Shown: positions 56,688-64,000 of the stretch, one piece after another
Numbering within the stretch: position 1 is the stretch's first letter
Layout of the letters: every line of letters starts with the position of its first letter
Program-made: the position numbers and the translations under genes
Source of the DNA: Acidobacteriota bacterium
GTDB taxonomy: Bacteria; Acidobacteriota; UBA6911
Length of the DNA: 64,000 nucleotides
Direction of reading: 5' to 3'
NCBI GenBank assembly: GCA_963664705.1
Contig: OY761556.1
Coordinates: 576,001 to 640,000 of the forward strand
Notes under the pieces: model-generated
Database searches by the model: none
The model's input: only the letters and a program-made list of their open reading frames with translations
Told to the model about the DNA's origin: nothing

Positions 56688-57506
56688 ATGTCAGGAATAA
56701 CGACCGATTACGCAATACCGGAAGACTTGAGCGGGACCATTCTTGAAGAAATCATGTACTCCAAAGTGCATGAGCTGAGGGGGGCCAAGAAGAAATTTCC
56801 CGCCGTCTGTATCGAGAGCGTTTTGGAAAGAGCTCCGGAAATCCGCTCTTTCAAAAAAGCCCTGACGGGGAAAACGCCGGCAATCATTGCGGAAGTAAAG
56901 AAAGCATCCCCTTCAGCCGGATTGATTCGCCAGGATTTTGATCCTGTGAGCATCGTTCGGGAATACCAGGAATCGGGGGCGGCCGCGGTTTCGGTTATTA
57001 CCGAAGTGCAAAACTTTCAGGGCGGATTGGAAATACTGGCAGCGTTGCGCTGGAATAGCACCATTCCACTGCTGCGCAAAGATTTTATCATCGACAGATA
57101 CCAGGTTCTGGAAGCGCGCCACGCCGGGGCGGATGCTATTCTGCTCATCGCCGCGTTGCTGGATACTGCTTCCTTGAAAAATCTGCGCATCGAGGCTGAA
57201 AAATATGGGATGGATGCGCTGGTGGAAGTTCACAACGAGCCTGAACTGGTACGCACCCTGGAATCGGGTGCAACTCTTGTTGGCGTCAACAACCGGGACC
57301 TGCGCACATTTGAAGTAACGCTGGAAACATCCCTGAGCCTTGTGCGAAAAATGCCCAAAGATGTGTTGCCGGTTGCGGAAAGCGGTATCCGGACATCCAC
57401 GGATTTGCGGAAACTCAGAGATGCGGGATTCAAGGCGTTTCTTGTGGGAGAGCAGCTTATGCGGGCGGAGTCGCCCGGTCGTGCATTAAGAGAGTTGATC
57501 CAATAG
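56688..57506 (+). CDS. trpC: Indole-3-glycerol phosphate synthase
   Basis: IIAEVKKASPS, LRKDFIID, GADAILLI, LVEVH, GVNNRDL, AESGI. Confidence 0.96.
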   Translation: MSGITTDYAIPEDLSGTILEEIMYSKVHELRGAKKKFPAVCIESVLERAPEIRSFKKALTGKTPAIIAEVKKASPSAGLIRQDFDPVSIVREYQESGAAAVSVITEVQNFQGGLEILAALRWNSTIPLLRKDFIIDRYQVLEARHAGADAILLIAALLDTASLKNLRIEAEKYGMDALVEVHNEPELVRTLESGATLVGVNNRDLRTFEVTLETSLSLVRKMPKDVLPVAESGIRTSTDLRKLRDAGFKAFLVGEQLMRAESPGRALRELIQ

Positions 57507-57543
57507 GATCAAAGAGCCTATCCAAAGCGAAGACATTACCGGT

Positions 57544-58179
57544 ATGAAAGTAAAGGTCTGCGGCATAACCAGCTATGAAGATGCAGCCATGGTGCTGGAC
57601 ATGGGCGTGGATGCGTTAGGGTTCAATTTCTTTCCGCGCAGCTCCAGGTATATTGATCCGGCGGCTGCCCGGCGCATTCTTGATCGGCTTCCTCCGTTTG
57701 CGGTGAGCGTTGGACTTTTCGTCAATGTATCACGCCCGGTGGAGGTCATGGAGATGGCGCGTACTGCCGGCGTACAGGTTTTACAGCTGCATGGCGGCGA
57801 AAGTCCCGAGTATTGCCGGGATCTCCAGGGCTGGCCGTTAATCAAGGCCATCCGCATCGGAGAAGGTCCCATAGAGGAAAACCTCGATGCCTATTCGGTG
57901 CGGGCCTTTCTACTCGATGCCAGGGATGATGTGCTTTTCGGCGGAACCGGCCGAACCTTCGATTGGGTTCGGGCTCTAGAAGTTAAAAAAATTCGGCCTG
58001 TGATTTTGGCCGGGGGGCTGCGGCCGGAAAATGTCGGGGATGCGATCCGGACGGTGGGCCCGTATGCGGTCGATGTATGCAGCGGCGTGGAGTGTGCTCC
58101 AGGGAAAAAGGATGCGCAAAGACTGAAAGAATTCATGAATGAGGTGAGGCATGGCAGTGACCCCATACAGCGGCCCTGA
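57544..58179 (+). CDS. trpF: Phosphoribosylanthranilate isomerase
   Basis: [31 protein letters not shown]. Confidence 0.96.
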   Translation: MKVKVCGITSYEDAAMVLDMGVDALGFNFFPRSSRYIDPAAARRILDRLPPFAVSVGLFVNVSRPVEVMEMARTAGVQVLQLHGGESPEYCRDLQGWPLIKAIRIGEGPIEENLDAYSVRAFLLDARDDVLFGGTGRTFDWVRALEVKKIRPVILAGGLRPENVGDAIRTVGPYAVDVCSGVECAPGKKDAQRLKEFMNEVRHGSDPIQRP

Positions 58180-59356
58180 TGCTCGCGGTCGCTTTGGCGA
58201 TTATGGCGGCAGGTTTGTCCCCGAGACTCTGATGGGGCCCCTGCAGGAACTCGAAGCAGCCTATCGGAAGGCAATCAAGGATCCGGATTTCCAGAGGGAA
58301 CTGGATACTCTGCTGAGGACCTATGCCGGACGGCCGACGCAATTGACGCGGGCACACCGCCTTGCGGCTCATATTGGAAAGGGACGCATCTATCTTAAGC
58401 GGGAGGATTTGACCCATACCGGTGCCCACAAGATCAACAACGCAATTGGTCAGATCCTGCTTGCCCGCCGGATGGGGAAGCAGCGGATCATTGCCGAAAC
58501 CGGTGCCGGACAGCATGGAGTGGCTACCGCGACGGTCGCCGCTCTCTTCGGAATGGACTGTGATATTTACATGGGCACAGAGGACATGCGTCGCCAGTCG
58601 CTGAACGTTTTCAGAATGCGTCTGCTGGGAGCCAAGGTCCGACCGGTCGATTCGGGAAGCTGCACGCTCAAAGATGCCATCAATGAAGCAATGCGTGATT
58701 GGGTCACGAATGTTGCATCCACCTATTATCTGCTTGGCTCTGCGCTGGGCGCCCACCCATATCCATGGATTGTCCGGGATTTCCAATCGGTCATCGGGCG
58801 AGAGGCGCGGGCTCAGATTCTGGAAGCGGAGGGCCGTTTGCCCGACCTGCTCATCGCCTGTGTCGGAGGGGGAAGCAATGCCATCGGGCTTTTCCACCAG
58901 TTTCTCGATGATGAGCAAGTGCGCATGATCGGCGTGGAAGCCGGCGGGAAAGGAACGGCATTGGGCGAGCATGCCGCGCGATTCGGCGGCGGACGAAAAG
59001 GCGTACTCCAGGGAACATACAGCTACGTGCTTCAGGATGAAGATGGCCAGATTGCCGCAACCCATTCGGTATCTGCCGGGCTGGATTATGCGTCCGTCGG
59101 TCCGGAACATGCCTGGTTGCATGACCGAGGCCGTGTGCAGTACACCGCCATCTCGGATGAACTGGCATTACAGGCTTTCCAATTGCTGAGCCGGATGGAA
59201 GGGATCATTCCGGCGCTGGAGAGTTCCCATGCGATTGCGGAATTGCTTCGAATCGGGCCAACGTTGGACAAGGATGCGGTGGTGATTGTAAATCTCTCCG
59301 GTCGAGGAGATAAGGATGTGAACCAGGTTGCCCAGATACTGGGTGGGATGGATTGA
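58151..59356 (+). CDS. trpB: Tryptophan synthase beta chain
   Basis: [47 protein letters not shown]. Confidence 0.97.
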   Translation: MAVTPYSGPDARGRFGDYGGRFVPETLMGPLQELEAAYRKAIKDPDFQRELDTLLRTYAGRPTQLTRAHRLAAHIGKGRIYLKREDLTHTGAHKINNAIGQILLARRMGKQRIIAETGAGQHGVATATVAALFGMDCDIYMGTEDMRRQSLNVFRMRLLGAKVRPVDSGSCTLKDAINEAMRDWVTNVASTYYLLGSALGAHPYPWIVRDFQSVIGREARAQILEAEGRLPDLLIACVGGGSNAIGLFHQFLDDEQVRMIGVEAGGKGTALGEHAARFGGGRKGVLQGTYSYVLQDEDGQIAATHSVSAGLDYASVGPEHAWLHDRGRVQYTAISDELALQAFQLLSRMEGIIPALESSHAIAELLRIGPTLDKDAVVIVNLSGRGDKDVNQVAQILGGMD

Positions 59357-59362
59357 TGGGTA

Positions 59363-60169
59363 TTGTTCGAGGATGACAACCAGATGCGACGAATTGCTGA
59401 TAAATTCAATAAACTTGAAGCGACAGGGAAAAAAGCCTTCATCCCATTTATCATGGCCGGAGATCCGGACCTGGACACCACCATCCGTCTGGTTCCGGAA
59501 TTGGAGCGCGCCGGTTCTCACGTCATAGAATTAGGCATTCCATTTTCTGATCCGGTTGCCGACGGCCCTACGATCCAGCGTGCGGGTGCCCGAGCCCTTC
59601 AGCATCGATATCACATGGCGGACTACCTGCAGGCTGTCAGGGATATCCGCCGAGTTAGCGAGGTTCCGATCCTCCTGTTCAGCTACTTTAATCCTGTTCT
59701 GCAATACGGGCTTGATGCGCTGGCGAGCGATGGGCACAAAGCAGGAATTGACGGCATATTGGTTACGGACGTGACGCCGGAAGAAGGATCTCAATATTGT
59801 GCCTGTATGGAATCGAATCAAGTGGACACAATCTTCCTGGTTGCGCCCACCAGCGATGATGAGAGAATCGCCAACATTGCCGCCTGCTCACGCGGCTTTG
59901 TTTATATCGTATCCCGCACGGGAGTTACCGGGACGCAGTCGGATCTTTCCGGCTCGATAGTGCCTACCGTCGAGCGCGTCCGCCGCCATACCAAACTTCC
60001 GGTGGCAGTTGGCTTTGGAATTTCAAGGCCGGAACATGTGCGTGAGGTCTGGAAGATCGCGGATGGCGCCGTAGTAGGGAGCGCCATTGTTGCGGAAATG
60101 GAGAAAATTGCGCGACCTGGAGATATTCCATCCGCGGTGGCAAAGTTCTGTACGTGGATGACCTCCTGA
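59363..60169 (+). CDS. trpA: Tryptophan synthase alpha chain
   Basis: IELGIPFSDPVADGPTIQ, SRTGVTG, VGFGIS, ADGAVVGSA. Alternative start 59384. Confidence 0.96.
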   Translation: MFEDDNQMRRIADKFNKLEATGKKAFIPFIMAGDPDLDTTIRLVPELERAGSHVIELGIPFSDPVADGPTIQRAGARALQHRYHMADYLQAVRDIRRVSEVPILLFSYFNPVLQYGLDALASDGHKAGIDGILVTDVTPEEGSQYCACMESNQVDTIFLVAPTSDDERIANIAACSRGFVYIVSRTGVTGTQSDLSGSIVPTVERVRRHTKLPVAVGFGISRPEHVREVWKIADGAVVGSAIVAEMEKIARPGDIPSAVAKFCTWMTS

Positions 60170-60398
60170 ATTTTCGGATTGTCAGAGATCACGCGCCATT
60201 CGCTGCCGGCGAATGAGAAAGCGTTGATGAATCCATCGGACGCCTTCACTCCATCGCGAGCCCGACGCGATATGTCGGCTGCGGCAGTCTTGGTAGGGAA
60301 AGATTCCTGCCCATCCTGCGCTTTTGCGTGCTGCTTTCATATCCTCGCCGGTTCGAACATGCTGATATTCCAATTATTTGGCCAAAAATGATCTCTCC

Positions 60399-60414
60399 TG
60401 GCACGCCTGTTGCA
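60399..60414 (+). promoter_or_regulatory. Sigma54 (-24/-12) promoter upstream of 60490
   Basis: TGGCAC-GCCTG-TTGCA perfect consensus, 75 nt upstream of the ATG. Confidence 0.82.
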
Positions 60415-60489
60415 CTCCACAGCATGTCACTGTGCGGCTGGAACGAAGTAATGTCCGGCCGAGGCATGTGATTATGCAAAGGAGAAAGA

Positions 60490-61077
60490 ATGAAAAAGAC
60501 GCTAATAACATTGTCTCTGTTGTTGGCCTGCAGTTTGACTGCGGCTTTTGTGCTGGCATCGAACCCGTTGCAAACGGATCAGCAGAGCACTTCTTCTTCA
60601 GCATCCGACATGGGGAAGACCGTAACAATTACAGGCTGCCTGCGGTCCGGAACATCGCCCAATTCCTATGTGCTCAATAACGTAATGTCGAGTGATATGA
60701 GTCGGCAGTCATATCAGCGCGGCAAGGACCAAAGCGAGAATCAGACTCACGGGGAATATGGAGATCAGGGATGGAATCGGAGTACGGATACTCCGGATCT
60801 TCAGCATTCGGCGCAGTCAGGATCCACACCTTCCGAGATGGCGAGAGCAGAAACCTCGTATACACTGATTCCAGGTAAACAGGTAGATCTGAAAAGCCAC
60901 ATCGGCCAAAAGGTTGAGGTTACCGGAATGATGGCGGAGGCAAGTTCACAGATGTCTCCGAACCGGACCCCTTCGACCACGGAGAGATCGTCGGCAAACC
61001 ACGATACCCACTGGATGTCCGGACAGCCACATTTCAAAGTCAGTTCCATTCGGCAACTTTCCGGTTCCTGCCAATAA
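60490..61077 (+). CDS. Secreted Ser/Gln-rich hypothetical protein, probable OB-fold core
   Basis: Signal peptide, TVTITGCL...YVLNN...YTL...DLKSHIGQKVEVTG...SGSC (two Cys in the mature part). RBS AAGGAG. Confidence 0.65.
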   Translation: MKKTLITLSLLLACSLTAAFVLASNPLQTDQQSTSSSASDMGKTVTITGCLRSGTSPNSYVLNNVMSSDMSRQSYQRGKDQSENQTHGEYGDQGWNRSTDTPDLQHSAQSGSTPSEMARAETSYTLIPGKQVDLKSHIGQKVEVTGMMAEASSQMSPNRTPSTTERSSANHDTHWMSGQPHFKVSSIRQLSGSCQ

Positions 61078-61086
61078 CTATTCCCG

Positions 61087-61128
61087 CTCCTTTCCCGGCA
61101 GAAGCCGGGAAAGGAGTACCCTCTTTTT
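61087..61128 (+). terminator. Intrinsic terminator after the secreted protein gene
   Basis: 13-bp stem CTCCTTTCCCGGC-AGAA-GCCGGGAAAGGAG, T-rich tract slightly downstream. Confidence 0.7.
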
Positions 61129-61283
61129 ATTCATTTTCCTCCAAAAACTCTATAAAATAGCTACTATCTGCTGATCGGCGGCTATTGGGTGCAGTATTAG
61201 GCGTGCATCTGCCTGCGATGCCAGGGCCTGCGCGTGATGACCTGAAAAACAGCCAGAAACAGCGCCACGCGAGGAGAGCCATA

Positions 61284-63101
61284 TTGTTTGCCGTCGATTT
61301 TGAACCGGTAGGACGCCGAGGAAAGTTTCCCCCCGATCAGTCGCTTCTAGCCTGTGCCCGCCAATTGAATGTGTCTCTGGTCAGCATTTGCGGAGGTATG
61401 AGTTCTTGCCATCGCTGTAAGGTGCAGATCATCTCGGGCGAAGTAAACGAGATCACTGCAGATGAGAAGGCGATTTTTAGCGAGAATGAACTGAAGAAGA
61501 ACTATCGGCTGGCCTGCCTGACCTATCCTTGCGGCAATGTGAAGATTCACGTTCCTCCGGAGTCTCTGTCGGCGCCGCAGCGCACGCAGGTGGAAGGTCT
61601 GGAACTGGACGTAAAACCGGAACCGCTAGTTCAGGGATTGACTGTCCAGCTGACGCCTCCTTCGCTCGGCAGCCCCGAGTCCGATGACCAGAATCTCTGG
61701 GCGGCACTTGCCTCACAGCATAACGTTCCGAGCGGGGTAGTCGACCTGATGGTGCAGCAGAGCCTTCCGCGGCAGCTGCGAATGTCCGACTGGAAGGTGC
61801 GCGTTGCCCTGCGCGGGAATGAGATCGTTGCGCTGAGCCAGTCCGCGACGCAGTGGCTCGGCCTTGCGGTGGACATCGGCACAACCAAAATTGCGGTTTA
61901 CCTGGTGGATATGGAAACCGGCAAAACAGTAGCGGCCCGGGGCCTGATGAACCCGCAGATTTCCTACGGTGAGGATGTTGTGTCGCGCATCTTTGCTGCA
62001 GGAAAGTCGGCTGAAAATGCTTTGAGACTTCAGACGGTTCTCGTCGATGCTTTGAATGAAACCGTGGAGGCCCTGTGCTCGGAAATCCATGCCGTTCCCT
62101 CCTCGGTGGTCGACGCATCGATCGTCGGCAACACTGCTATCCACCACCTGTTTTTGCGGCTTCCCGTGATGCAGTTGGGGATGTCTCCCTATGTGCCGGC
62201 CGTTCGATCGGCCGTCGACATCAAGGCGAGGGATCTCGGACTTCGGATTGCTCCAGGGGCGTATGTCCATCTGCTTCCGAATATTGCAGGATATGTCGGT
62301 GCGGATCATGTGGCAATGCTGCTTGCAACAAGAATTGCCGATGCCCGGCACCCGGCGCTCGCCATTGACATCGGCACCAATACCGAAATTTGCATGGCAT
62401 ATAACGGAAAGCTGGCCAGCGTTTCGTGCGCTTCCGGCCCTGCTTTCGAGGGAGCGCATATCAAATTTGGTATGCGTGCCGCTCCCGGCGCCATTGAACA
62501 TGTTCGTTTGTCCGGCAATCGACTGGTGATCCAGACCATTGGAGAACAGCCGCCGGTCGGGATCTGCGGATCCGGCCTGCTGGATGCCGTTGCTCAGTTG
62601 CGCGTCAATGACGTATTGGATATTACGGGCCGGATGAAGTCCCACCCATTGGTGCGCAGGGTAAACGGCAATACGGAATTTGTGCTGGTTGAGCGGGACA
62701 ACCAGGATGCGATCACGGTTTCGCAAAAGGATGTGCGGGAGATTCAAGCCGCCAAGGCAGCCATTCGTGTCGGCATCGATGCGCTGGTGGAGGCGGCCGG
62801 CCTGTCCGAAGAGGATATTGCCGAGGTGGTGATTGCGGGAGCGTTCGGCACATTCATCGATGTGGAAAGCGCCATTGCCATAGGCATGCTGCCTGCGCTT
62901 CCACTGGACCGATTCAAGCAGGTGGGTAATGCCGCCGGTACTGGGGCACGCCTGGCCCTTGTGTCTCGAAGCCAGCGCCTCCAGGCGGAGAAAATCGCCT
63001 TGCGCGATGGCTATATTGAATTGGCAGGCGTGGATAAGTTCAATCTCAAATTCGCTAAAGCCTGTTCCATGTCTGCATCGTTAGTATCCAGAAGAGCGTA
63101 G
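61284..63101 (+). CDS. RACo/RamA-type ASKHA ATPase with N-terminal 2Fe-2S domain (reductive activator of corrinoid proteins)
   Basis: CGGMSSCHRCKV...RLAC, AVDIGTT, GEDVVSRI, IDIGTNTE, GPAFEG, GICGSG, AGAFG. TTG start 61284 follows AGGAG (ORF track start 61185). Confidence 0.9.
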   Translation: MFAVDFEPVGRRGKFPPDQSLLACARQLNVSLVSICGGMSSCHRCKVQIISGEVNEITADEKAIFSENELKKNYRLACLTYPCGNVKIHVPPESLSAPQRTQVEGLELDVKPEPLVQGLTVQLTPPSLGSPESDDQNLWAALASQHNVPSGVVDLMVQQSLPRQLRMSDWKVRVALRGNEIVALSQSATQWLGLAVDIGTTKIAVYLVDMETGKTVAARGLMNPQISYGEDVVSRIFAAGKSAENALRLQTVLVDALNETVEALCSEIHAVPSSVVDASIVGNTAIHHLFLRLPVMQLGMSPYVPAVRSAVDIKARDLGLRIAPGAYVHLLPNIAGYVGADHVAMLLATRIADARHPALAIDIGTNTEICMAYNGKLASVSCASGPAFEGAHIKFGMRAAPGAIEHVRLSGNRLVIQTIGEQPPVGICGSGLLDAVAQLRVNDVLDITGRMKSHPLVRRVNGNTEFVLVERDNQDAITVSQKDVREIQAAKAAIRVGIDALVEAAGLSEEDIAEVVIAGAFGTFIDVESAIAIGMLPALPLDRFKQVGNAAGTGARLALVSRSQRLQAEKIALRDGYIELAGVDKFNLKFAKACSMSASLVSRRA

Positions 63102-63232
63102 CGTCGACCCGGGACAGTCACCGAATTCGATGATCGTGCAGTCCGTTCCTCGTTTGCGCAGTCCGGTGCGGGGCTGCGGTGATTATCCCGTCATTCTCTG
63201 TTTTATCCGTTTTTTTACGACAGGAGATTCCC

Positions 63233-64000
63233 ATGCAGAAGAACTGGTTGGAATTGTCCCGTGAGCAAAAGCGGGAAGAAAGAATGAAAAACTGGCTTGC
63301 CGGAACAGGAATCGCCTTCCGCGATGCCAAGGCGGCAAGATTGTACAAAGAACGAGTCACCCGCCAGAAATTGGCAATGATGTGTGAAGTGCCGGATAGA
63401 GTGCCGGTGCAGATACCATCCGCAAATTTTCCTGCCTATCATTCCGGCTACACCATGAAGAGAGTGATGAACGATTACGAGGCGCTCGAAAAATCGTGGC
63501 TGAAATTCATGGAGGATTTTTATGATGACATGGACAGTTTCATGGGGCCCGGCTTTGTGCATTCGGCTCCGGCCATGGAAATCATAGATTATAAATCCTA
63601 TAAATGGCCGGGACACGGATTGGGAGACGATGTCAATGCCTACCAGTTTGTGGAAGAAGCCATCATGGAGCCGGAGGAGTATGATGCGCTGATTGAAGAT
63701 CCCTCGGATTTTTCCTTCAGATTCTTGCTGCCCCGCACCGTCGGGACATTGAAGCCTCTCACCAAGTTGCCGGCTTTGAACACGATGCTGTTTCTTTCTT
63801 TGATGATTGCGTATCCGTTCGCCGATCCCGAGGTGCGCGCCGCATTCCAGTCTCTGATTAAGGCCGGGGAAGAGTTGGAAAGATGGCAAAAACACGTGTT
63901 TACGGTCAATAAGGCATCTCTGGAAGCCGGATTCCCAGGGGCATTTGGAACGCTGGCAATCGCTCCATTCGATGTGATTGCGGATTTTTTGCGCGGAACC
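63233..64000 (+). CDS. Uroporphyrinogen-decarboxylase-like (MtaA/CmuA-superfamily) protein, 3'-truncated
   Basis: AGGAG then ATG 63233. Frame is open to the window end: MQKNWLE...PDRVPV...YKWPGHG...YQFVE..IMEPEEYDALIEDP...APFDVIADFLRG. Not in the ORF track. Confidence 0.8.
   Translation, partial: MQKNWLELSREQKREERMKNWLAGTGIAFRDAKAARLYKERVTRQKLAMMCEVPDRVPVQIPSANFPAYHSGYTMKRVMNDYEALEKSWLKFMEDFYDDMDSFMGPGFVHSAPAMEIIDYKSYKWPGHGLGDDVNAYQFVEEAIMEPEEYDALIEDPSDFSFRFLLPRTVGTLKPLTKLPALNTMLFLSLMIAYPFADPEVRAAFQSLIKAGEELERWQKHVFTVNKASLEAGFPGAFGTLAIAPFDVIADFLRGT

Noticed and set aside
55761-59122. Long minus-strand ORFs 55761-56687 and 58133-59122
   Set aside because: Antisense shadows of trp genes.
63215-63895. 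226-aa minus-strand ORF in the ORF track
   Set aside because: Antisense to the plus-strand URO-D-like gene that starts at 63233 with a clear RBS.

Overview
Gene-dense chromosomal window with no rRNA, tRNA, CRISPR array, transposase or integrase recognised. Gene content suggests an anaerobic Gram-negative bacterium, probably Acidobacteriota (inference). In order: (1) a 5'-truncated AsnB-type amidotransferase; (2) two oppositely oriented sugar-modification loci (1779-10842 minus, 14140-19355 plus), each with a DegT-type aminotransferase, methyltransferase(s), a polyprenyl-phosphate GT2 and a GT-C-like membrane protein, the first adding WbqC and two beta-propeller paralogs; (3) a ~15 kb nine-gene MoxR AAA+/vWA operon (2x DUF4159, vWA-GATase-like, Cys-less caspase-like, TPR-gluzincin, MoxR, DUF58, BatA-vWA, DUF4175-like) with heptamer repeats at some gene junctions; (4) UDP-GlcA decarboxylase plus aminotransferase; (5) a class A PBP followed by a protein resembling the C-terminal part of DUF6079/BREX ATPases; (6) a tungsten module (two MoeA, AOR, TaoR-like regulator, secreted tandem molybdopterin-domain-like protein); (7) lpxC with a perfect sigma54 promoter, divergent from a trpEGCFBA operon that lacks trpD and has an unannotated Trp-rich leader peptide and attenuator; (8) a sigma54-preceded secreted protein, a RACo-type corrinoid activator and a 3'-truncated URO-D-like gene missing from the ORF track. 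All family assignments come from motif recognition by eye, not database searches.
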